From a virus (taxonomy: Duplodnaviria > Caudoviricetes): DNA of 48,168 nucleotides. How positions within the stretch are numbered: position 1 is the stretch's first letter; each line of letters starts with the position of its first letter. Made by a program: the position numbers and the translations under genes. Positions 26,386 to 33,747 of this stretch are shown here, piece by piece. The notes under the pieces are model-generated. The model had not been told where the DNA came from. It saw only the letters and a list, made by a program, of their open reading frames with translations, and made no database searches. The stretch spans positions 1 to 48,168 of IMG/VR virus record IMGVR_UViG_3300021082_000037. One strand, given 5' to 3'.

Positions 26386-26451
26386 CGGACAGGGTCGGTG
26401 GAGCCTTCGAGGCTCTGCCGTTCCGTTCCGGTGGAACGGAGGACACGGAGG
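26381..26451 (+). repeat. Intergenic twin-hairpin module
   Basis: First 20 nt identical to 26842-26861; covarying stems. Confidence 0.85.
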
Positions 26452-26456
26452 TCAGC

Positions 26457-26846
26457 ATGAGGTACGCATCGGTTACCGGAGCACGGAGCAGCGACGAAGT
26501 CGCCGCCTACATGCCGGGCAACTACGAGGTGTACGGGCACCGCTTCCCCGACGGTGGCACAGGACGACTTGTCGTCCTGATTCGGGGCGAAGACAACGCT
26601 GGCTGGACGCTGGATGACTACGTCATCCCCCGGCTCGCCAGTGGCCTGATGGCCTGTCGAGAGATCACCATCCCCGAAGGGGATGCGACGATCCCAGAGC
26701 GGCTGGAGGCTCTTCGAGCCGCCATTCAGGCAGAGAGCATCTCCTACGGAGAGATCGCCGAGCTTCAGAGCTACGCAGACTTCATCCCCAACGGGGATGT
26801 CGAGCTTCTGCAGTGGGCCGGGGTCCTCGAAGAGGAGATCGTCTAG
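26457..26846 (+). CDS. Actinophage-type early protein (AGWTLDDYVIPRLASGL motif)
   Basis: RBS motif; recognisable motif. Confidence 0.8.
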   Translation: MRYASVTGARSSDEVAAYMPGNYEVYGHRFPDGGTGRLVVLIRGEDNAGWTLDDYVIPRLASGLMACREITIPEGDATIPERLEALRAAIQAESISYGEIAELQSYADFIPNGDVELLQWAGVLEEEIV

Positions 26847-26917
26847 CGGACAGGGTCGGTGAGGCTCCTCGGAGCCTTGCCGTTCCATTCCGGTGGAATG
26901 GAAGAATCACACGGAGG
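26842..26917 (+). repeat. Intergenic twin-hairpin module
   Basis: Paralogue of 26381-26451. Confidence 0.85.
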
Positions 26918-26923
26918 TGTGAC

Positions 26924-27241
26924 ATGCAGGGAAGGCACACGGCAGAGCACTGTCACTGCGGGGAACCGCGGGGCAACAGTGACCACTGCTTCGAGTGCGG
27001 CTGCGAGGAGTTCGAGGGCTACTGCGACTTCGTCGCAGACCGCAGCATCGTGACTCGGATCGACTACGTCGACAACGGCGTCCAGGGCGAGTACGGCCTC
27101 TTCGGCAAGGTCGTCGCTTCCAGCGACGTGAGCCGGATGGACTTGGAGGACATGCTCGACGAGATCAAGGCGATGACCGAGATCCTCGGCAGCCACGTAG
27201 TGGCTGTTCGGGTCGAGCGCGTCCCGGCGGTGCGGTCGTGA
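26924..27241 (+). CDS. Cys-rich early protein
   Basis: HCHCG...DHCFECGCEE; RBS motif. Confidence 0.7.
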   Translation: MQGRHTAEHCHCGEPRGNSDHCFECGCEEFEGYCDFVADRSIVTRIDYVDNGVQGEYGLFGKVVASSDVSRMDLEDMLDEIKAMTEILGSHVVAVRVERVPAVRS

Positions 27242-27396
27242 TCACCAGAGGTGACAGGGTCTGCCTCGAAGACGCTGGCGGGAAGCACTACGGCGAGGTG
27301 CGCTCAGTCCTGGAATTAGGACTGGTCCTCGTCAAGTGGGACTCGGGAGTCTGGGAGAGGTGCCTTCCGGAGGAACTTCGGAAGGTGAGTCGCTGA
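27238..27396 (+). CDS. Small SH3/Tudor-like protein
   Basis: RGDRV...GEV...VLVKWDSG...PEEL pattern; GTGA-coupled. Confidence 0.65.
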   Translation: MITRGDRVCLEDAGGKHYGEVRSVLELGLVLVKWDSGVWERCLPEELRKVSR

Positions 27397-27450
27397 CGTA
27401 ACGGTGGGGTCCTCGGACCCTGCCGTCGCATCACCGACCACGGAGGAAAC

Positions 27451-27771
27451 ATGCACGAAGGACACACGGAGGACGGAGTCCTCTCGACCTGCGGCATCTG
27501 CGGATGCGAGGTCTACATGCTCGACCCGGCCGAGATGGACTGGATCTGCGATCCATGCTCCCTCGACGGCTGGAGTGGAGTCAAGTCAGCCTGGCGGCTT
27601 CGCCGCGGGGATGTCATCCACCGGAGGGGCGAGCAGTTCGTCGTCCTCTTCGAGGAGTCGTTCGGCAAGCGGTTCCTGATCACCCTTCGGGGTGCCTCGG
27701 GCGTCGAGTTCGACATCATGCTCAGGGCCACGGACAAGGTGTACGTGCACTGCGACCGCGAGGACGTGTAG
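27451..27771 (+). CDS. Zn-ribbon plus beta-barrel hypothetical protein
   Basis: CGICG...ICDPC, AWRLRRGDVI; preceded by CGGTG..TGCCG hairpin (27402-27425) and CCACGGAGG. Confidence 0.7.
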   Translation: MHEGHTEDGVLSTCGICGCEVYMLDPAEMDWICDPCSLDGWSGVKSAWRLRRGDVIHRRGEQFVVLFEESFGKRFLITLRGASGVEFDIMLRATDKVYVHCDREDV

Positions 27772-27797
27772 GCGCACGGTCGAAGACCACGCACGCC

Positions 27798-27826
27798 TTC
27801 GGAGCAAAGCTCCGGCCAGTTAGGAT
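27798..27826 (+). promoter_or_regulatory. Early promoter B: TTCGGA-N17-TAGGAT
   Basis: Paralogue of 23383-23411. Confidence 0.6.
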
Positions 27827-27832
27827 TCTGTT

Positions 27833-28130
27833 CGGAGTTGGACAGCTGGGCCAGGTGGACAGCTACAACAGAGGGGCAGCGCTTCTCGGCTCCCGGTTCC
27901 GACGGGGTCAGCCTGAAGCGGCAAGCGGTTCCGGCCCTGGATGATCCCAGAGGCCTGATCCCGAGCCTTCATGTCTGCCGCAGCGAGGGAGGCGTCACGA
28001 TGAGCCGAGCCGCCGTCGAGAGGACGGACGCTGCCAATCACACTCAACCTATGCGACACCATCGGTGGGGTCGGTTCGCCGACCTCGCCCACGGTGCCGA
28101 TACACGGTTCCGTACGACGACACACGGAGG
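27833..28130 (+). ncRNA. Structured leader RNA, copy B (compact form)
   Basis: Homologous to 23418-23872 with two stem insertions absent. Confidence 0.75.
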
Positions 28131-28140
28131 TGTCACGCAT

Positions 28141-28689
28141 ATGAAGGCAGAGGTCAAGGTCGAGTTCTCACTCGGCACCACCATCGAGCCTGAGGTCAAC
28201 GACTTCCACTGGGACAACGGGCAGATCGCGGAGTTCCGGGGCGAGTCGTACTTCCGCTCGGAGGAGATCACGTCCACGGGTGGCGAGATCACGTTCATCG
28301 TCGAAGACGAGTTCGAGGACGAGGACGACGTGGTCGAGTGGGTCAAGTCCCAGGTCATCGACGACGGCAACGAGATCGAGGACCAGAACGGGATCACCTG
28401 GGTCGTCGAGGACATCGACATCACCGTCGAGCTTCAGGAGCTTCCGCTCCCCTCGCTCGACGAGGCGCTCTCGACGCTCGGGAGCTTCGCTGAGGAGCAC
28501 CGCAACGACGAGGAGCACGGCGAGATCGCCCGTGCCGCTCTCGTCGTCCTGGATGCCTTCGGCAGCCTCACGGTCCGCGTCACCAGCCTGGAGACGCGGC
28601 TCGAAGAGCAGTCGCAGCGGATCGAGGGCCTCGTTGCTCTCGCCGCGGCTCCGGCCAACCCGGACCCGGAGGATGCAGAAACGGCATAG
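28141..28689 (+). CDS. Highly acidic early protein (DNA-mimic candidate)
   Basis: About 30 D/E versus 5 K/R in the first 100 aa; RBS motif. Confidence 0.75.
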   Translation: MKAEVKVEFSLGTTIEPEVNDFHWDNGQIAEFRGESYFRSEEITSTGGEITFIVEDEFEDEDDVVEWVKSQVIDDGNEIEDQNGITWVVEDIDITVELQELPLPSLDEALSTLGSFAEEHRNDEEHGEIARAALVVLDAFGSLTVRVTSLETRLEEQSQRIEGLVALAAAPANPDPEDAETA

Positions 28690-28767
28690 CCGTCCGACAG
28701 CGGGTGGGGGAGCTTGCTCCCCTCGCCCGGTGCGGCACGTCTTGCACCGACACGATCATCACGGAGG
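28687..28767 (+). repeat. Intergenic module GACAG-CGGGTG[stem]TCGCCCG-GTGC...GCACC
   Basis: Paralogues at 29413-29478 and 30989-31051. Confidence 0.85.
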
Positions 28768-28777
28768 TGATGTACGC

Positions 28778-29206
28778 ATGGCACTGACCTGGAGCCTGGC
28801 CGACATTGCGGACTGGAAGTCCGTCTGCAACATCGAGGCCACTCAGGACGAGCCGATGCACGGGATCAAGAAGGGTGACACCCTTCTCAACCCCGTCACG
28901 TCGGCCCTGATCTGGCACAGCCTGAACACGGGCATCGGCCGGATCACGGAGGAGAACGCGGGAGAGGTCTACGCCCGGATCAGCTTCGTCGAGAAGCTGT
29001 ACGGCGCTTCGCTCCTCAACTCCGACGGCGAGCGGCCGATCACGATGAACGACATCGTCGTTCACATCGGCCTGAGCACGAACGCCTCGTTCAAGGCCGA
29101 GTCCCGCGCCAGCTTCCTGAAGCGGCACGCGGCTCGCAAGCTGGACGACTCGAAGCGGTACTTCGAGAACGACCGCAAGAAGGCCCTCGCCGAGGCGGTG
29201 GCCTGA
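28778..29206 (+). CDS. Hypothetical early protein
   Basis: MALTW...GIGRITEEN...ARI...HIGLSTNA phage motif. Confidence 0.8.
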   Translation: MALTWSLADIADWKSVCNIEATQDEPMHGIKKGDTLLNPVTSALIWHSLNTGIGRITEENAGEVYARISFVEKLYGASLLNSDGERPITMNDIVVHIGLSTNASFKAESRASFLKRHAARKLDDSKRYFENDRKKALAEAVA

Positions 29207-29415
29207 TGCCGCGGGACTACACCGACGCCGTCCGCCGGGTCGACGCCGAGATCCTCTCGGCTCGCTCGAACGACGAGATCGTCGCCCGGATCCCGGCCAA
29301 GCACCTGTACGACGCGCTCTGCGTGTTCCTCCTCGACGAGGAGCTTCGCCCGGTGCTGGAGATCCTCAGCCCGAAGGCCGTCGAGCAGGCTCGATCAGCA
29401 CTGCTGCTCACGTAG
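29206..29415 (+). CDS. Hypothetical protein
   Basis: TGATG-coupled; 69 aa. Confidence 0.65.
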   Translation: MPRDYTDAVRRVDAEILSARSNDEIVARIPAKHLYDALCVFLLDEELRPVLEILSPKAVEQARSALLLT

Positions 29416-29478
29416 CCGTCTGACAGCGGGTGTGGACAGTTGCTATACTGTCCATCGCCCGGTGCAGATGTCTGTACC
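29413..29478 (+). repeat. Intergenic module (second CGGGTG-type copy)
   Basis: TAGCCGTCTGACAGCGGGTG-TGGACAGT...ACTGTCCA-TCGCCCG-GTGCAGA..TCTGTACC. Confidence 0.85.
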
Positions 29479-29497
29479 GCAACCGAGAGGAAGGAGC

Positions 29498-29731
29498 ATG
29501 GCCCCACGGCCGATCAGTGTGCCGAAGTTCGCAGAGGCGGTTGCTACCCGCCTGGTCGATGTCCGAGAGGTCGCCGAGATCCTCGGCGTCCGCAGCAAGC
29601 AGACGATCTACAACAGGATCGAAGCGGGACTCGTCCCGCCGCCAGTCCTGAAGCTCGAACGTGGCTACGCATTCTGGGATCGCCTCGCGATCCTTCGGGC
29701 GAAGCAGCGTCACACCACAACACGGAGGTAA
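29498..29731 (+). CDS. AlpA/excisionase-like HTH protein
   Basis: LVDVREVAEILGVRSKQTIYNRIEAGLVPPP...W; SD AGGAAGGAG. Confidence 0.8.
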   Translation: MAPRPISVPKFAEAVATRLVDVREVAEILGVRSKQTIYNRIEAGLVPPPVLKLERGYAFWDRLAILRAKQRHTTTRR

Positions 29732-29738
29732 CACCAGC

Positions 29739-30836
29739 ATGACTCGCACAGTCGAGAGCCTCGACCACCTGATGTCGAGGATCGTGGCGGAAGACCGCCG
29801 CAAGTACGACGTGATCGCCGACACCCGCAGCATGAACGTGGGCGTCCGCATCAACGAGGAGGGCAAGGGCGGTGCGGTCGAGCTTGACCTCGACACGCCG
29901 GGCCAGGAGCTTCGCTCCTTCCGGCTCACCGACCACATGCAGGGCCAGATCAGCACTGATCTGGGGATCCCGAAGAAGTACTTCGACCGGATGAAGGTCG
30001 ACGCTCCGGGACTCTTCGAGTCCAACGTGCGGCACTGGATGATGAACGAGCCGAAGGCTCGCATGATCCGTGGCCTCACCAACGGTGACGAGATGATGAC
30101 GGGCCGGGCCTGGATGTCCGACAAGTTCCGCCGCCTCGACAACATCGAGGTCGCTCGGATGCTCCTGCCCGAGTTCGACAAGCTCGGCACCGAGGTGCAG
30201 TTCCACCAGGCCGCGGTCACGGAGCAGAAGCTCCACATCCGCGCCCTGTTCCCCGCCCTGGAGCGGGACATCAAGGCGGTGGGTGACACCGTCCGGTGGG
30301 GCATCGCCATCGAGAACTCCGAGATCGGGGCAGGTTCCCTGAAGCTCTCGGGCTTCGTCATGGTGCTGATCTGCACCAACGGCATGGTCACCTCGAAGGT
30401 GCTCAACGTCCGCCACGTCGGCAAGCGTGAGGGCGAGGGCGTGCTCTCGAACGAGGCCCTCCGGGCCGACGACAAGGCCTTCTGGCTGGCGGCTCGGGAC
30501 GAGCTTCGCGCTCTGTGCACCGAGGCCGCGTTCGAGACGGTCGTCTCGCAGCTGAAGGGCCTCTCGGACACCGAGGTCGTCAGCCCCGTCGCCGCGACCA
30601 AGGTGCTGGCGAAGGAGTTCGCCCTCACCGAGGCCGAGGAGGAGGCAGTCATGCTCTCGCTCGTCCAGGACCCCAACGGGGTCGGACGTGGGCAGTGGGG
30701 CATGCTCAACGCCTTCACGGCAGCGGCCAAGTCGGCCGAGGGCTTCGACCGCCAGGCTGAGATCGAGGGCCTCGGTTGGGGACTCGCTCAGATGCCTGCC
30801 ACCACCTGGGAGAAGGTTGCCCTGGCGGTGAGGTAG
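29739..30836 (+). CDS. DUF932-like protein
   Basis: RAWMSDKFRRLDN, NSEIGAGS, LICTNGMV, WGMLNAFT motifs. Confidence 0.8.
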   Translation: MTRTVESLDHLMSRIVAEDRRKYDVIADTRSMNVGVRINEEGKGGAVELDLDTPGQELRSFRLTDHMQGQISTDLGIPKKYFDRMKVDAPGLFESNVRHWMMNEPKARMIRGLTNGDEMMTGRAWMSDKFRRLDNIEVARMLLPEFDKLGTEVQFHQAAVTEQKLHIRALFPALERDIKAVGDTVRWGIAIENSEIGAGSLKLSGFVMVLICTNGMVTSKVLNVRHVGKREGEGVLSNEALRADDKAFWLAARDELRALCTEAAFETVVSQLKGLSDTEVVSPVAATKVLAKEFALTEAEEEAVMLSLVQDPNGVGRGQWGMLNAFTAAAKSAEGFDRQAEIEGLGWGLAQMPATTWEKVALAVR

Positions 30837-30989
30837 GTGGCTGCCAAGCCGAAGGCTCGCCACTCCTGCGCTCGCTGTGGCAAGCGAGTGCGGGAGGGCG
30901 AGTACGTCTACTCGCGGTTCTCGAAGAACCGCTACTGCATAGCGATGGAGGCCTGCGCCCGACGCGCAGCCAACAAGGCGAAGCGGTAG
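30837..30989 (+). CDS. 50-aa basic Zn-finger microprotein (not in ORF track)
   Basis: VAAKPKARHSCARCGKRVREGEYVYSRFSKNRYCIAMEACARR. Confidence 0.65.
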   Translation: MAAKPKARHSCARCGKRVREGEYVYSRFSKNRYCIAMEACARRAANKAKR

Positions 30990-31068
30990 ACAGCGGGTGG
31001 GGAAAGGAACGGTCGTTCCTTTCCTTCGCCCGGTGCTGCTGGTTCTGCACCACACGATGACACGGAGG
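30989..31068 (+). repeat. Intergenic module (third CGGGTG-type copy) plus ACACGGAGG
   Basis: GACAGCGGGTG-GGGAAAGGAACG/CGTTCCTTTCCT-TCGCCCG-GTGC...GCACC. Confidence 0.85.
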
Positions 31069-31074
31069 TGTCCT

Positions 31075-31263
31075 ATGGCCGAAGCAACGGTCACAGTGAA
31101 ACTGACCCCGGCGGAGTTCGACCTCACCCGTGAGGCGATCACGACGGCGCACGACCAGGCCAAGAAGGATGGGGTCGACCAGACCCTGACGGCTGACGTG
31201 CGGCAGAAGATCAGGGCGAAGCAGCTGCTCCTGAGGAATCTCGGAGCGAAGCTCAGTGCCTGA
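31075..31263 (+). CDS. Hypothetical protein
   Basis: RBS motif; 62 aa. Confidence 0.7.
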   Translation: MAEATVTVKLTPAEFDLTREAITTAHDQAKKDGVDQTLTADVRQKIRAKQLLLRNLGAKLSA

Positions 31264-31579
31264 CAGGAAGAAGGCTCCGCCTGCTGACGAGTACGGCTAC
31301 CTCATGCACACCGCTCTGCGGAAGTGCTGCGACTCGACGGCCACGTCCATCGCCTGGAACGCCGTGCACCTGTCGAAGAAGGGTGTCTGGTCCGGCTTCG
31401 CCGATCAGTGCGCCAAGGCAGAGGCACGGACGGGCGAGGACCTGGAGAAGGTCTTCCGCGAGGAGGGCCTGCCCCATGTCGACGGCGAGATGTACGTCTG
31501 GCAGATCCTCGACATGGCGTTCGAGCAGTTCGACGATGTCGACTGGAACGGGATGGCCGCGTACCTGGGGGAGCAGTGA
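31256..31579 (+). CDS. Hypothetical protein
   Basis: 107 aa, in operon. Confidence 0.7.
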   Translation: MPDRKKAPPADEYGYLMHTALRKCCDSTATSIAWNAVHLSKKGVWSGFADQCAKAEARTGEDLEKVFREEGLPHVDGEMYVWQILDMAFEQFDDVDWNGMAAYLGEQ

Positions 31580-31779
31580 GCAAGATCCTGGTGGCGACCA
31601 CGAAGCAGGAGTCACCGCAGACGGTGACCATCGAGCTTCGCGAGCAGACCGAGAACCGTCTGCTCGGCTACCTCGAAGCGACCATCGTCCCGGCAGGCGT
31701 GAGGATCGATGCCTGGCACGGGCTGAACGACTCGCAGCACGACGAGCAACTCGTCCTGCGAGCAGAGCGTGATGGCTAG
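31576..31779 (+). CDS. Hypothetical beta-rich protein
   Basis: GTGA-coupled MSKILVATTKQ. Confidence 0.6.
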   Translation: MSKILVATTKQESPQTVTIELREQTENRLLGYLEATIVPAGVRIDAWHGLNDSQHDEQLVLRAERDG

Positions 31780-32239
31780 CCCGACCGCCATCCATGAGGC
31801 GAGCCACGCAGCCGTGGCCCTCCGGCTGGGCCTGACCGTGCGTCGGGTCCAGCTGAAGGGCTGGGTCCGGGTCCCTCGCTACTGCGCCCAGCTGTATCCG
31901 GGCGTGGTGGCGGGGGTCCCGCTGCCCTCGCCGATCTGCCTCCTCGAAGAGGACTGCCTCGACCTGACGACGGCCGAGGTCCTGATCTCGATGGCGGCAC
32001 CGATGTTCGTGGTCACCGACGACACGAAGATCAACACGTACGCGGCGCTGGAGGCGAAGCTCGCCTGCCGGTACGCCACCAACCACACGAAGCTGAACCC
32101 GGCGACGATCCTCGACCGGGCACGAAGCCTGGCTGCTGTCTGCGAGCCGAGGATCTACGAGATCGCAGAGCGACTCGACCAGGAAGGGAGGATCGATGGA
32201 TCCACACTGCACCTGCATCGTCTGCACGACGAAGCGTGA
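31769..32239 (+). CDS. HExxH zincin (M41/M50-like) protein
   Basis: TAIHEASHAAVA. Confidence 0.65.
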   Translation: MMASPTAIHEASHAAVALRLGLTVRRVQLKGWVRVPRYCAQLYPGVVAGVPLPSPICLLEEDCLDLTTAEVLISMAAPMFVVTDDTKINTYAALEAKLACRYATNHTKLNPATILDRARSLAAVCEPRIYEIAERLDQEGRIDGSTLHLHRLHDEA

Positions 32240-32345
32240 GGTGACCGAGTGGGCGGCAGGCCGTGGGCCTCAGCCCGACGAGGAGAAGGTCAAGGCCGTG
32301 ATCCGCGAGCTTCTCGCAGAGGAGGAGGCCCGACGTGCCGGGTGA
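32196..32345 (+). CDS. 49-aa microprotein (not in ORF track)
   Basis: MDPHCTCIVC...; SD GGGAGG. Confidence 0.5.
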   Translation: MDPHCTCIVCTTKREVTEWAAGRGPQPDEEKVKAVIRELLAEEEARRAG

Positions 32346-32727
32346 CTGCGGCCAGTGCGGGGGGACTGGCGTCCGAGAGGGCGACATCTGCCAGTACTGC
32401 ATGGGATCCGGGCGCAGGCCCGACCCCTCGAAGATCGTCCGGCCGACCGATCCGTCGACCTCGCATGAGGCTGCGTTCACGGTCGACCTGAAGGGCGACC
32501 GGCTCCTCGCCTACAACGCGATGCGAGCGCATGAGCGTGACCACCCGGAGGGGTTCAGCCGGGCGGAGATCGCGGAGATCATCGTCCTCGGCCACGTCCA
32601 CCCGGAGGGCCGGGCGCAGCGAGCACGGATCGAGTCGATCCGCCGCCGCGTCTCGGACTTCGTGGACGTGGTCGAGGAGACGGGTGCGAAGCGAGGGACG
32701 GAGGCCCTACTGCGACTGAAGAGATGA
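32335..32727 (+). CDS. DnaJ-type Zn finger plus winged-helix protein
   Basis: CGQCGGTG/CQYCMGSG and RPTDPSTSHEAA motif. Confidence 0.75.
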   Translation: MPGDCGQCGGTGVREGDICQYCMGSGRRPDPSKIVRPTDPSTSHEAAFTVDLKGDRLLAYNAMRAHERDHPEGFSRAEIAEIIVLGHVHPEGRAQRARIESIRRRVSDFVDVVEETGAKRGTEALLRLKR

Positions 32728-33130
32728 AGCACTCGCCGGGCTGGGCCACACGGAGGTGAAGACCCAACCCGGCAGTGCTAAGGTCCGAAGCCGAGACGCT
32801 GATCAAGGACAACAGACGCGAGCCGAGTATGCCTGCTCCCCGCGCCTGTCTGCAACACAGGCGTGGAGGTGAAGCGAGGATCGGCCAGAGACATCGCCTA
32901 CGAGAGTCGGGCAGTGGTACGCGAGGCGGCGGAGCCTGTAGACAGGGACCCCGGCAAGCAGGCAACGGGCCAGCGGCGGCGACAGCGGACGAGAACATCG
33001 CACCGCGCCTGCCATTGGAACGAGAGGGGCCAAGCGTAGAAGACTGGGAACACCACAGGATCTCGGACGTAGGTGCTATCTACCCCGGCATCCCTATCAG
33101 GGAGAGACAGAGCTACCCCAACACGGAGGA
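32728..33130 (+). ncRNA. Candidate structured non-coding RNA (or origin region)
   Basis: About 410 nt without a credible ORF; several long stems and CANGGA motifs. Confidence 0.45.
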
Positions 33131-33138
33131 AAGGAACG

Positions 33139-33747
33139 ATGAGCACAGAAAGGGAGAAGCACCCGTCGTTCGGGATGATCGGTGCCTACCGCACCAGCAT
33201 CTCACCGCCGGGCCACGCGCTGTTCGACAGCGACATCATGCACCAGCACACCGTCGTGCTCCGGATCGAGCACGCTGACCGGCGGCGCGACCTGCACCGG
33301 GACTGGATCCACGGCACCGACCGGATCATCGAGGTCGAGATGAGCGAAGCTCAGTGGGCCTCGTTCGTGTCGAGCATGAACACCTCGGGGGTGCCTTGCA
33401 CCCTTCGGGAGATCCAGGGTGAGGGCAAGATCGAGGGGCTGCCGTTCGCTCCTCGCCTGGAGGAGTCGATGAAGGACACCCACGCCGCCGCCCACGCAGC
33501 GTTCGACGAGATCCAGCAGGCGCTCCGCGACTACGAGGCGAAGCCGACGAAGGACAACCTGCGGACGCTCCGAGCACGGATCGAGAACGCCGTCCCGAAC
33601 GTGGACTTCGCCGGGAAGTCGCTGGCCGAGCACGCCGAGAACGTCGTCCAGAAGGCACGCGCTGACGTGGAGGCGATGGTCCTGGCTCACGCCCAGCAGC
33701 TGGGCATCGAGGCTCCAACGCAGAAGCTCCTCGGAGAGGGGCACTGA
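33139..33747 (+). CDS. Conserved phage protein (HPSFG...LFDSDI.H...EVEMSEAQWASFVSSMN..GVPCT)
   Basis: Widespread phage motif; RBS motif. Confidence 0.85.
   Translation: MSTEREKHPSFGMIGAYRTSISPPGHALFDSDIMHQHTVVLRIEHADRRRDLHRDWIHGTDRIIEVEMSEAQWASFVSSMNTSGVPCTLREIQGEGKIEGLPFAPRLEESMKDTHAAAHAAFDEIQQALRDYEAKPTKDNLRTLRARIENAVPNVDFAGKSLAEHAENVVQKARADVEAMVLAHAQQLGIEAPTQKLLGEGH

Noticed and set aside
24319-31068. CRISPR array or integron attC cassette array
   Set aside because: Repeats are degenerate and separated by whole genes. There are no RYYYAAC/GTTRRRY boxes, integron integrase or cas operon; the Cas4-like ORF is a normal phage exonuclease.
31576-31779. Possible phage-encoded CsrA homologue (beta-rich, 67 aa, ILVATTK...VRIDA)
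   Set aside because: Resemblance is superficial and lacks the L.R...E and AP...(I/V).R.E signatures. It would need an HHpred or structure hit.
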